Source: an uncultured delta proteobacterium (lineage in GTDB: Bacteria; Desulfobacterota; Binatia; UBA9968). Taken from it: a stretch of 64,000 nt of DNA. The stretch covers positions 64,001 through 128,000 of the forward strand of contig CAVTUQ010000037.1 of NCBI GenBank assembly GCA_963737905.1. The letters run 5' to 3'. Shown one piece after another: positions 54,556-64,000 of the stretch. The position numbers and the translations under genes were made by a program. The first letter of the stretch is position 1; every line of letters starts with the position of its first letter. Below the pieces are notes generated by a model that ran no database searches, had not been told where the DNA came from, and saw only the letters and a list, made by a program, of their open reading frames with translations.

Positions 54556-55563
54556 ATGGCCCGGTTACAAAGATGGTTGGTCCTTTTCCTGCCTTTGTTT
54601 GTTGGCTCGCTTCCAATCGCGCGCGCCGCGTCAACGGATGCTACATCCGAGGCTGCGCGGCGTGAGGGCGAAGTCGTATTCTACGCTTCGATGAATTTAG
54701 GTGAGGCCAACATCATGATCGCCGAGTTCGAAAAGCGTTATCCGTTTATAAAAGTTAAACTCAATCGAGCGGGCAGCGAAAAGCTTTTGACCCGGGTCCT
54801 CGCCGAGGCCAGGGCTAAGAGGGTTTCCGCTGACGTCATTCAAACGGTCGAATTTAGCATGCATATCCTCAAACGCAGCGGCGTGCTGGCGCGCCACGTT
54901 TCTCCGAACGATGCTCTCTATCCAAAGAATTTTAAGGAAGAAGAATTTTGGACAACCGTCTATTACAACCCCTACGTCGCTGCCTATAACACTAGGCTCG
55001 TGGCGCCGCGAATGGCACCCAAAACTTACGACGACCTCCTCGATCCCAAATGGAGAGGAAAGCTGATGATGGAGGGCACGAAGGCGGACTGGTTTGCCGG
55101 AATGTTGCAGATCATGGGACGGGAGCGCGGTCTTCAATACATGCGTCAACTCGCCAAGCAAGAACCGATGCTTCGGGAGGGACACGAGCTATTGGCACAG
55201 CTGGTGGCTGCTGGAGAAGGCCTTTGCGATATAAACATTCCGGCGTCTTCGGTGGACCGCGTGAAAGAAAAAGGCGCTCCCATCGACTGGATCGCGTTGG
55301 GCGAGGCACCGGCCATCATGGTAGGCATCGGATTAGCCTCGCAAGCCGCCCATGTAAACGCGGCCAAGCTTTTCATTGAATTTGCATTGTCTCGCGAGGG
55401 ACAGAAACTCCAGCAAGGTTTTGGGCGACTCGTCGCCCGAACCGACCTTGCATCCGAGCAGCCGGCGGCGATAAGACAAATTAAGATGGTGCCCGTTAAT
55501 CCGGAACTGGCGGAAAAGATGAACGACTACGCCAAACAACTCAGAACGATCTTCGGTAGCTGA
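54556..55563 (+). CDS. Extracellular solute-binding protein (Fe3+/thiamine/polyamine-type)
   Basis: Signal peptide, EGEVVFYAS, YNTRLV..PKTYDDLLDPKWRGK, NAAKLFIEFALSREGQ. Confidence 0.88.
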   Translation: MARLQRWLVLFLPLFVGSLPIARAASTDATSEAARREGEVVFYASMNLGEANIMIAEFEKRYPFIKVKLNRAGSEKLLTRVLAEARAKRVSADVIQTVEFSMHILKRSGVLARHVSPNDALYPKNFKEEEFWTTVYYNPYVAAYNTRLVAPRMAPKTYDDLLDPKWRGKLMMEGTKADWFAGMLQIMGRERGLQYMRQLAKQEPMLREGHELLAQLVAAGEGLCDINIPASSVDRVKEKGAPIDWIALGEAPAIMVGIGLASQAAHVNAAKLFIEFALSREGQKLQQGFGRLVARTDLASEQPAAIRQIKMVPVNPELAEKMNDYAKQLRTIFGS

Positions 55564-55611
55564 AGAGCCTTGATCAGCGCCACAGCCTATTGAAAAAAAA
55601 GGAGTCATTCT

Positions 55612-56385
55612 ATGCGTATTATGTTCTTGAACCATTCCTTCGTGCGTCATTCAACGGCATTGGAAGCTCACATTAGAAAGCTTCTCGCGAGCTATGCCTC
55701 ACCCGGTACGACGTTTGAATTGGCGTATCCTGATGATCTCGGCGGCGGGGCAGTATTGAGCCTCTTGGAGGAACGAAAAGCCCTCTCCGGCCTGCATCAT
55801 ATCTTGGAAACTCCGGCCCTCGTGCAAAAGGCCATCGAGGCTGAGCGTTCAGGGTTCGATGCCGTGATGCAAAGCAATACCTTTGATCCTGGAGTAGAAG
55901 CCAGCCGGCTTGCTGTGCGCATACCGGTGATCGGTCTGCTACGCGCTTCGCTTCACTTTGCCGCCAGCATCTGCGACCGCTTTGGTCTGATCGTTCCCCT
56001 CGAGACCCACATGCCGCACACCATGAGATTGGTGCAAAGCTATGGGATGACCCCTTTTGTCTGCGGCATGAGAACAGTGGGTCTCTATGATACCGGCGAT
56101 CTATCCGGTTACCATGACGTTGTCGTCGAGCGCACCCTGGCCGTCGGTAAAGAGCTAGTGGAGCAAGGTGCCCAGGCGATTATCCCGTTGGGAGGCAAGA
56201 TTTATCCTTATGTTGTCACCCCGGAGGAGCTAGAGCCGCATCTCGGGGTGCCCGTCATCAATACCAAAGCCGTGGGAGTGGCCTACGCCGAGCTGATGGT
56301 GCGGTCAAAGATCAGCCACAGCATAAAGGCTTATCCCTGCCCGACCGGACTCTCTCCTGAGGCAGTCTCCAAACGCTCGAAGTGA
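55612..56385 (+). CDS. Asp/Glu/hydantoin racemase-fold protein lacking both catalytic Cys
   Basis: GFDAVMQSNTFDPGVEASR..IPVIG, GAQAIIPLGG, LGVPVI. Confidence 0.8.
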   Translation: MRIMFLNHSFVRHSTALEAHIRKLLASYASPGTTFELAYPDDLGGGAVLSLLEERKALSGLHHILETPALVQKAIEAERSGFDAVMQSNTFDPGVEASRLAVRIPVIGLLRASLHFAASICDRFGLIVPLETHMPHTMRLVQSYGMTPFVCGMRTVGLYDTGDLSGYHDVVVERTLAVGKELVEQGAQAIIPLGGKIYPYVVTPEELEPHLGVPVINTKAVGVAYAELMVRSKISHSIKAYPCPTGLSPEAVSKRSK

Positions 56386-56434
56386 GACGCGACAGTTCAA
56401 CTGGATACGAAGAGGATCCTAGTAAAGAAAGGAC

Positions 56435-57535
56435 TTGGCAATGATCATTGACGGCGATGGTCACTTTTTTGAAACGGAAGAAATGTTTGAAAAGTATATG
56501 GAGCCTTCGCTCAGAAACTATCGTCCGAGACTGCTCACTGATGACCAAGGGTATAATTTCTGGGTTGTTGACGGCGAGACTCCGTACAAAAGGCCTTCGA
56601 TCAAAGGGGCCGGTGCTCCCGGCACGGCTGCGCCTCCCGGAAAAGCGATACAATCCGCGCGGCGCGCGTCCGCAGGCAGCCAGACTCTAACCAACATTAA
56701 AGACCGGCTTGACGATCTGGACAAAGAAGCCATCGACATGCAATTCCTTTACCCGAGCTTTCTTTTGCATGTCAACGCATGGCCGGACGGCATCCTGGCG
56801 ATGGGTGTTTGCCGCGCTTACAATACCTGGCTGGCGGAGGCCTGCAAAAAAGCACCGGATCGTCTCAAAGGTGTCGGCGTCGTGTCTCTGCAGAATCCCG
56901 AAGGTGCCGCCAAAGAGCTGTCACGTCTCAAAGAGCTGGGGATGTCTTCAGTGATGATTAACGGAACCGCCGGCGCCAAGCGGCTCGACCATTCCGACCA
57001 CGATCCGTTCTTTGCCGAGGCCGATCGTTTAAATCTGCCCATTGCGGTTCACTTCAGCCTCCAGTTTCCATTGGTCGACAAACTTTTTGAGCACCATTTT
57101 CCGAATCGGGTGCTGGCTGGCATATTCCCCATCATGGCGGGTCTGACCAGCGTGCTCTGCTCCGGCCTATTGGACCGCTACAAGAATCTCAAGTTTGCCT
57201 TCCTCGAAGGAGGCATCAGTTGGGTTCCAGCTCATGTAGAGCGCATGGACGATCACTTTGACAATCCCCGTTATAACGCGCGAGACCTCATTAGCCACCC
57301 GCCGAGCGATTACTTGAAATCCGGCAGGATCTTCTTCGGCTGCGAGGGCAATGAACCTTTTCTCGGCCGCGTGGTAGAAGAAGTCGGAGAGGATCTGTTC
57401 ATCTATTCATCCGATTATCCACACGCGGACCGGACAGAAGGGACGGCACAGTATCTGAAGCTGCGGGATGATATCCCGGGAGCTGTCCGAAAGAAGCTTT
57501 TGGAAGACAACGCCCGTCGGTTTTACAGTCTCTGA
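56435..57535 (+). CDS. Amidohydrolase_2 family protein (decarboxylase/hydratase-like)
   Basis: IDGDGHF, AYNTWL, PIAVH, FLEGGISW, SSDYPH, NARRFY. Confidence 0.9.
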   Translation: MAMIIDGDGHFFETEEMFEKYMEPSLRNYRPRLLTDDQGYNFWVVDGETPYKRPSIKGAGAPGTAAPPGKAIQSARRASAGSQTLTNIKDRLDDLDKEAIDMQFLYPSFLLHVNAWPDGILAMGVCRAYNTWLAEACKKAPDRLKGVGVVSLQNPEGAAKELSRLKELGMSSVMINGTAGAKRLDHSDHDPFFAEADRLNLPIAVHFSLQFPLVDKLFEHHFPNRVLAGIFPIMAGLTSVLCSGLLDRYKNLKFAFLEGGISWVPAHVERMDDHFDNPRYNARDLISHPPSDYLKSGRIFFGCEGNEPFLGRVVEEVGEDLFIYSSDYPHADRTEGTAQYLKLRDDIPGAVRKKLLEDNARRFYSL

Positions 57536-57685
57536 CCCGGTGATCGTTCTGATTCGCGTATTGAAAACGGTTTGTGAAGCAATCTGGACGCTTCGGCTCT
57601 TCATCTCCCTTGCGTTTTTTTCTTCCCTGTTCAGTTTGAAGCATTTTATAATAGTGGCGTCTAATGAAGGAGAGGAGGTGATATT

Positions 57686-58030
57686 ATGAAAAGCATGCTC
57701 AAGGTTTTAGTTATCGCTTTAACCGCCTTGGCTTTTAGTGGCGTCAGCTTTGCAGCCGATACGGCAACGAAGTCAAAGCCGAAGGCCATTAGCGCCACGG
57801 GTGCAGTTACGGCGGTGGATGCCAAGGCGGGTACTCTGAGTGTCAAGACCAAAGATAAAGATCTTGACCTGACCGCTACTTCCAAAGCGAAAGGCACTCT
57901 GGGAAAGGTCAAAGTAGGTGACACGGTTAAGGTTTCCTACACCGCGAAAGACGGCAAGATGAACGCCAGCAGCATAACTATGGCTAAGGCCCCGTCCAAA
58001 GCCCAGGCTGAAAAGGCTGACACGAAGTAA
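57686..58030 (+). CDS. Small secreted Lys/Ala-rich OB-fold-like protein
   Basis: Signal peptide, GAVTAVD..GTLSV, VKVGDTVKVSY; GGAGG RBS. Confidence 0.75.
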   Translation: MKSMLKVLVIALTALAFSGVSFAADTATKSKPKAISATGAVTAVDAKAGTLSVKTKDKDLDLTATSKAKGTLGKVKVGDTVKVSYTAKDGKMNASSITMAKAPSKAQAEKADTK

Positions 58031-58051
58031 CCGTTTGTTCGTGACACTTTG

Positions 58052-58091
58052 AAAGAGGGATAGTAGACAAATCTGCTGTCCCTCTTTTTTT
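58052..58091 (+). terminator. Rho-independent terminator
   Basis: agagggatagtaga / tctgctgtccctct stem followed by a T tract. Confidence 0.75.
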
Positions 58092-58230
58092 GGATCCGTC
58101 CAGAACGCGATCTCGCTTGAGCTTTTCGAGCTTCACTCGGCCAAGATCGCCCGCTTGATTCCAACCTGCTCGATACTATAGAATTTTGCTTTGTGAAGGG
58201 TTGTTTGGCGCGCTGAAAGGAGGAGTGGAG

Positions 58231-58413
58231 ATGGACCTGCCGAAATGCCAAAAATGCAACAATGGGATTCTTATCCCGTTATCAGACTACGGACAGGATG
58301 GCGCAGCGGTAATATTCAAAGCCTGGGTTTGTACGAATCCGGAGTGCGGTTTCTCACTGCGGGTGGATAAAGGCGAGGTCAGTTACGGCAAGAAAGTCGA
58401 ACCTAAGCACTGA
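58231..58413 (+). CDS. Small zinc-ribbon protein
   Basis: CQKC...WVCTNPEC; AGGAGGAG RBS before ATG 58231. Confidence 0.75.
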   Translation: MDLPKCQKCNNGILIPLSDYGQDGAAVIFKAWVCTNPECGFSLRVDKGEVSYGKKVEPKH

Positions 58414-58481
58414 TTAAATCAAGCAAATCGGCGATTCTCGATCGGAGCCCGTATCTAATCGTCGCTCTCCACGTCTTAATC

Positions 58482-59138
58482 TTAAGCGGCAATGGTTCGA
58501 TTAAAGCTCTGAATTGCCCGGCCAAAAAGCTCACATCCAGTTTGCAGGGCCTCTAAACAACGCTGTTGCGTCTTCGCATCTGTGCCATAGCGACGTAGCA
58601 CCTCAGGCGCCAGCCACTCGTGACCCGCCTCATCGGCTAAGAGCGTATCTCGATAAATGGACGCAGTCTCTGGATCGATGGGCTCGATCCGTTCGATGAA
58701 TGACTTTGAAGTTCGGGGAAAGAATTCCTCGTGACCATACTGTACGCTCGCGAAAAGCTCGCAAAAAGAGCCCAGGGCAGCATGAAAATCCCAAAGGCGC
58801 CCAAGTTCTTCCAGAGGTTTGTTCCACAAGGCGTCGGGATCGCCGTTGAGCTCCGTGATCCTCTTACGCAGAATGGAGGCGTGCTTCAGCTCATTGGCCA
58901 CGTACTCCGACAGACAGTGTTGCAGTTCCAGCTCAGGCAGATGCGATACCCAGGGGGCGCTGACTTCGGCAGCCTTTCGCTCCATCACGACGCCAAACTG
59001 CAACCGCCGCAGGATAATCTCAGGTGTCAGGGGTTTTTCCGCGCCATAGCTCTTGCGTTCCGTGGTCATCTTTTCCCAAAAGGCTTCGCGACGATCCGAC
59101 AATCGCTTCAGAAAGTCCTCGGGGCTCAGTGCTTCCAT
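58482..59138 (-). CDS. Ferritin-like diiron-carboxylate fold protein
   Basis: E...NELKH...EE...DEAGH (two ExxH motifs). Confidence 0.7.
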   Translation of the reverse strand: MEALSPEDFLKRLSDRREAFWEKMTTERKSYGAEKPLTPEIILRRLQFGVVMERKAAEVSAPWVSHLPELELQHCLSEYVANELKHASILRKRITELNGDPDALWNKPLEELGRLWDFHAALGSFCELFASVQYGHEEFFPRTSKSFIERIEPIDPETASIYRDTLLADEAGHEWLAPEVLRRYGTDAKTQQRCLEALQTGCELFGRAIQSFNRTIAA

Positions 59139-59278
59139 CGTTCACCTCTCATGCATCAAAAAACGGTGATTGACTTAGGAAACCTTTTAGGTTTTAACAA
59201 TACAGAAAATTCCCTTTATGTAAAGGCTCATTGGAGTCAGTCTAACCTCTGAATTTTATCTCCAACCGTTGGATTTTC

Positions 59279-60022
59279 ATGGATCCTATCGAAGCCAAAG
59301 CCTACGTCGACAATCTGTATCACGAACTCTATCTCCATTGGGAACGGAAGATTAGTCAAGGACCGTTCATGACCCAACTGAGAGAAGGGCGCCTGCCGTT
59401 GCCTTGCATGCGCCGCTTCTTTAAAGATTGGGGGCTTTTTTCCGTGGAGGTGGTTGCCTTGAACGCGGTCTCCTATTACGTTCATCTGCCATTTTTTATT
59501 GGCAACTATGATCTCCTGCCCGGGTTCACGGAAAAGATCGCTGAGGAGTTGATTTCGCCCAAACCTCCCGGACATACGCTAATCTTGCTCGAAACCGCGG
59601 AAGCGCTAGGGCTTTCCCGGCAAGAAGTGCTCGAGCAACCTGCTTCCGCCGCCGGAAGGGCTATCAGCGATTATTGCCGGCGCATTTTCCAAGACGGCTC
59701 GATCATAGAGCTCTGGGGCATGCATGTCTACGAAGAAACCCTCGGCTATTGGTCGAAGCAATGGGCGGAAGCGCTGGTCTCCAACTACGGTTTGAACCAG
59801 AAACAGGCCGCTTATTTTACCGCCCACGCCGAAGCGGACTTGGTTCAGCACGACGGGCGCATGGGTCACGGCCCGCTGAATCGTATGATCCTCCAGCGCA
59901 TTCTGGAGCAAGGCATGACAGCCAAAAAGCTGGGCTATGATCCAAAATACTGCGCTTTCACCATGGTAGATCTTCAGTCGCTCATGGAAAACAACGCTCT
60001 CGAGAACCCGTATCCCGCTTAG
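59279..60022 (+). CDS. Heme-oxygenase-like (TenA/PqqC/CADD) diiron protein
   Basis: AEELISPKPPGH, VYEE, YFTAHAEADLVQH. Confidence 0.75.
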   Translation: MDPIEAKAYVDNLYHELYLHWERKISQGPFMTQLREGRLPLPCMRRFFKDWGLFSVEVVALNAVSYYVHLPFFIGNYDLLPGFTEKIAEELISPKPPGHTLILLETAEALGLSRQEVLEQPASAAGRAISDYCRRIFQDGSIIELWGMHVYEETLGYWSKQWAEALVSNYGLNQKQAAYFTAHAEADLVQHDGRMGHGPLNRMILQRILEQGMTAKKLGYDPKYCAFTMVDLQSLMENNALENPYPA

Positions 60023-60097
60023 AACCTTGAGTCTCATTCGATTCTTAGAGAAACACCTTCCATTGCTAGCTGTTTTCACCTCCTTTGTGGGTTCGGT

Positions 60098-61057
60098 ATG
60101 AATAAGGTTTTAAACACGTACATCAAGCCTATGTTCGTAGCCTCGCTTTTCCTTGCTCTTTGTTTCCATTCTCTTGTGAGCGCCGCTGCGCAGCCACGAG
60201 GAAAGTGGGTGATTCGCACGCCTCTGCCATCGACGAGAACCGAAGTGGCCGCCGTTGAGCTTAACGAGAAAATCTATGTGATGGGCGGTTACGAAAAAAA
60301 CGGCGATCTCGTAGAAGCCTATGATCCGGCTAAAGATAGCTGGCAGCGCCGCGCCGCGCTCCCGCGGCCGTTGCATCATGTGGGCGCCGCCGCGGTGGGC
60401 GGAAAAATCTACCTCATCGGCGGATACATCTCCGGCGAAGGTCCGGTCAACACGGTCTATGAGTATGATCCAGTCATGGATCAATGGCGTATGCGGGCGG
60501 CCATGCCGACGGCGCGAGGTGCATTGGCCGTCGGTGTGATTGAGGGAAAGATCTACGCCATCGGTGGTGTGGGCTCGAATCGCAGAAACACGAACGCAAA
60601 CGAATCCTATGATCCCGTCCAAGATCGTTGGGCGAAACTCGCCCCCATGCCGACGCCGCGAGACCATCACGCGATCGGCGTTCTGAACGGCAAGCTCTAC
60701 GCCATCGGCGGGCGCATCAATGGTAGGCACGATAAAAGCATTACGGAAAACGAAGAATATGATCCTGCAACAAACCATTGGCGGGCCCGGGCCCCATTGC
60801 CTACTGTGAGAAGCGGAATTGTGGCTGCTTCTCTAAACGGCCAAATTTTTGTTTTCGGCGGCGAGTCCAATTCCGGAACCCACAGCCAAACCGAGTCCTA
60901 CAACCCGGCTTCAAATCGATGGCAATCCTGGGCTCCCATGCCCACCCCCCGCCACGGATTAGGAGCCGCGGTGCTTGGTCACTCCATTTACGTCATCTCG
61001 GGCGGGCCCAAGCCTGGCGCCACTTTTTCCTCGGTAAACGAAGTCTTCACACCGTGA
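60098..61057 (+). CDS. Secreted Kelch-repeat beta-propeller protein
   Basis: Six repeats of KIYxxGG...YDP..W....MPTxR; N-terminal signal peptide. Confidence 0.92.
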   Translation: MNKVLNTYIKPMFVASLFLALCFHSLVSAAAQPRGKWVIRTPLPSTRTEVAAVELNEKIYVMGGYEKNGDLVEAYDPAKDSWQRRAALPRPLHHVGAAAVGGKIYLIGGYISGEGPVNTVYEYDPVMDQWRMRAAMPTARGALAVGVIEGKIYAIGGVGSNRRNTNANESYDPVQDRWAKLAPMPTPRDHHAIGVLNGKLYAIGGRINGRHDKSITENEEYDPATNHWRARAPLPTVRSGIVAASLNGQIFVFGGESNSGTHSQTESYNPASNRWQSWAPMPTPRHGLGAAVLGHSIYVISGGPKPGATFSSVNEVFTP

Positions 61058-61123
61058 ACTTATATCTGCAGACTACTGTAGTGGGAACATGCGAACCATA
61101 CGCTATAAGCCAACCGAAGCACG

Positions 61124-64000
61124 CTAGCTTTTTAACTCTTCCGGCGCCACAAACCCATGACGCAAAGTGTTTTCAGAAATAGTCCTGGGTTCAAGAAATT
61201 GGAGCAGATAATCCGGGCCGCCGGCTTTAGAGCCGATGCCAGACAGCTTAAGGCCTCCGAAGGGTTGTCGTTCGACAATGGCGCCCGTGATGCCGCGGTT
61301 AATGTAAAGATTACCCACACGAAACTCCCGGCGCGCTCGATCGATATGCGCGGGCGAACGGGAGAAAACGCCACCCGTCAACCCATAGGCCGAGCGATTC
61401 GCGATCTCCAACGCACAACTGAAATCCTTGGCTTTGATAACCGAAAGCACAGGTCCAAAAATTTCCTCGTTAGCCAGGCGATGATCCGGCTCAATCTCGC
61501 TGAAAATGGCCGGTCCAACAAAAAATCCCTTCGTTGGTGCTTGCCCCTCGAGCACGCATTTTCCTTCCCGCTTGCCGAGAGCGAGATAGCCGATGATCTT
61601 TGAGTGCGCGGCGGCATCGATGACCGGACCGATAAAATTCCTCGGATCCTCGGGCGGACCGATCTTGAGGCTCCGAACCGCTTCAATCAACCGTTCCAAC
61701 AGAATGTCATGAATTTCATCGACAAGGATGATGCGCGAAGCAGCCGAACACTTCTGACCCTGGTACCCAAAGGCCGACTCGACGATGTGAACTACAGCTT
61801 CGTCCAGATCGGCATCTTCATCGACGATGATGGCATTCTTGCCGCCCATCTCGCACACGACCCGCTTTACATGCTCTTGGCCCGGTTGATGATCGTAAGC
61901 CGTGCGCAGAATTTCCAAGCCGACCTCCCGCGATCCGGTAAAAGCGATGAGTTGCACCGAGGCATGGCGTACTAAATAGGCCCCCAATTCGCCACCCCCT
62001 TGAACAAGTTGGACCGCAGAACCCGGCAAACCGGCCTCACGGAGGATCTCTACCAACAGGGCGCCGAGCACGGGCGACTGCTCCGCCGGTTTTACTACGG
62101 CGCAGTTTCCCGCCACCAAAGCCGCTGCCGTCATACCGGTGAGAATTGCCAGCGGGAAATTCCACGGTGCAATCACGATGGCCACTCCCCGGGATTCGTA
62201 AAGGTAAGCATTGATTTCTCCGGGCAATCTTTGGGTTACCCTCGGTGCGCTCAGCCGCAGCATCTCCCGGCCGTAATACTCAAGGTAGTCAATGGCCTCA
62301 GCGACGTCGGCATCCGCTTCGCGCCAGCCCTTGCCAACTTCAAAGACTTCCCAAGCTGCCAGTTCAATGCGGCGGCCGCGCATGATCTCAGCGGCGCGGA
62401 ACATAAAAGCGGCACGCTCCTTGGCCGGCGTGTGTCCCCACTGAGGAAAATACTCCGTTGCATTAAGGAGAGACCGCTCTGCCTCGCCTCGCCCCGCAAC
62501 AGGGACACGGCCGATGATTTCTTGAGGAGCGGCCGGGTTCACCGAATCGATCCATGTTTTTGTTTCCACATCCTCCCCACCGATCCAGAGTGGGTAACTA
62601 CGAGCGAATTGTTTTCTGACAGTCTTCAGCATCTGGGCAAACTGGCTCCGGTTTTCCACACGTGAGAAATCCAAGAGCGGTTCATTTTGGAACGGCTCCA
62701 CCACGTCGCTCGCTGCTCTTTTCCGCGTGGTCTTGCGGGCCTGCGTGAGTGTCTTCTTCGGCATCGGCGGTCATAATCAGTCTATCGATCTGTTCTTCCT
62801 CGGCGTAAGTCTGGCGCAGGAATGAGGTATTCGACGTGTTCTCCATCAGCCTCCGAATGAGATAGGCCATGCCCGGAAGGAGCCTACCCACCGGAAGGTA
62901 GACACGCACCCGCTGGCCATTTTGAACGATCGCCTGCCTAATCGGCTCGCCCATACCGTAGAGCATCTGAATCTCGTAGCCCCGATTCGGCATGCCGATT
63001 TCCTTAGCCGTTACGATCGCATGCGCGAGGCTGCGGATGTTGTGGCTTCCGAAGGCCGCATCGATCACATCGTGGCTCTCCAAGAGCAAGCGCGTTAGCC
63101 GCTCGTAGTGGGTGTCGGTCTCCGCTTTGTCCAGGAAAACCGGTATCGGCCAGCCCTTCTGTCTGGCCCAGGTAATCTCGCTGTCCCAATAGGCTCCTTT
63201 CACAAGACGCACGCCAATGCGTCGCTTTCTGGCGCGCGCCCATTGAATCAGCTCTGTCACGTCATGTTCCGCATCCCGAAGATAGGCCTGAATGGCAATG
63301 GCGGCATGCGGTTGGCTTTCAAATTCGGATTCTTCGAGGAGGTTTTGGAAAATCGCTAAGGTCAAATCTTTAAACGAATATTGTTCCATGTCCAAGGTCA
63401 GTGCGGCATCGAGTCGGGCGGCCTCACGAAATAGCGGCCGAAGACGATCCCGGACAATTGTTTCGCTCTCAGGGTCCAGCGGATCAAAGCGGGCACAGAG
63501 CGATGAGACTTTCACCGACAGATTGACCCTTGGGAGCGGACCGGTTGCGCCCTGATCGATTTGCGGAATGGGCCGCCAACCGGCAGAGATTGTGCTCAAA
63601 CTTTGCAACAGATCGAGGTAGCGGCGCTGAGTCGCCACCGCTTCCTTTTCGCTCAGGGTCGCCTCGCCGACCACGTCGAGCGTGAATGCCGCGGGTTCTT
63701 TGCGCAGAGTTTCAAGCGCCGAGCGAAGCGCCTCCGGTTCCTCGTCGACGATGAAGCGTCGCGCGAGTCGGGTGACGTTATGACGCGCCACCGGCGCCAA
63801 CAGCCAGCCCGCACGAAGCGCTTGAGCGAGAAAAACCAAACCGCCGAAAGCATGATCCACCTTGGCAAAATACTCTTCGAGGTGGCGGCCGATCTCGGCA
63901 GCGGAATCCAAACTGGGTAGAACATCGACGAAGCGAAACAGCGCGACGCGCAGGGACTCATCCTCGAGCGACCACTCGATCATCTTACCCAGCCAGTCCT
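61124..64000 (-). CDS. putA: Bifunctional proline dehydrogenase / glutamate semialdehyde dehydrogenase; 5' end outside window; apparent +1 frameshift at about 62771
   Basis: RLVKGAYW, AYLIRRLMENTSN (PRODH); PWNFP, EMGGKN, GQKCSA, EEIFGP (GSALDH); removing one base gives LIMPPMPKK. Confidence 0.9.

Noticed and set aside
61124-63983. Separate PRODH and P5C dehydrogenase genes
   Set aside because: The ORFs overlap by 83 bp, the second has no clear RBS, and a one-base deletion near 62771 gives a continuous PutA.

Overview
Bacterial chromosomal window of moderately high GC. Gene content (many orphan substrate-binding proteins, NIPSNAP, amidohydrolase, CoxSM/G, the kdsB-pyrG-kdsA-kdsD-kdsC-lptCAB-rpoN-hpf-ptsN-rapZ-ptsH block) suggests a deltaproteobacterial-type organism, perhaps Ca. 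Binatia (inference). Housekeeping genes include pyrD, frmA, tenA, rlmE, galT, glmU/glmS, moaBDE, hemW, ahcY, metK and putA. About eight single-base frameshifts, including in glmU and glmS, look like long-read errors; the apparent GlmU-GlmS fusion and the split putA are probably artefacts. Main findings: (1) a candidate CTP-sensing attenuator ahead of kdsB-pyrG, where a pyrC-like T6-C7-C8-G9 start region forms the base of an intrinsic terminator; (2) a 10-kb cyclic-nucleotide module with a CNB-TPR-DASS transporter, a GAF sigma54 activator, a class II phosphodiesterase and two sigma54-driven USP-like paralogs; (3) a rearranged Co-type nitrile/thiocyanate hydratase with a remodelled asparaginase-fold enzyme and a thiol-dioxygenase-like cupin; (4) an IS110 whose non-coding end carries guide-like segments matching its own donor end and the repeat it inserted into; (5) a family of nested 7/8/9-nt-period hairpin repeats. 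No rRNA, tRNA or CRISPR array was seen. All calls come from reading the sequence; no searches were run.
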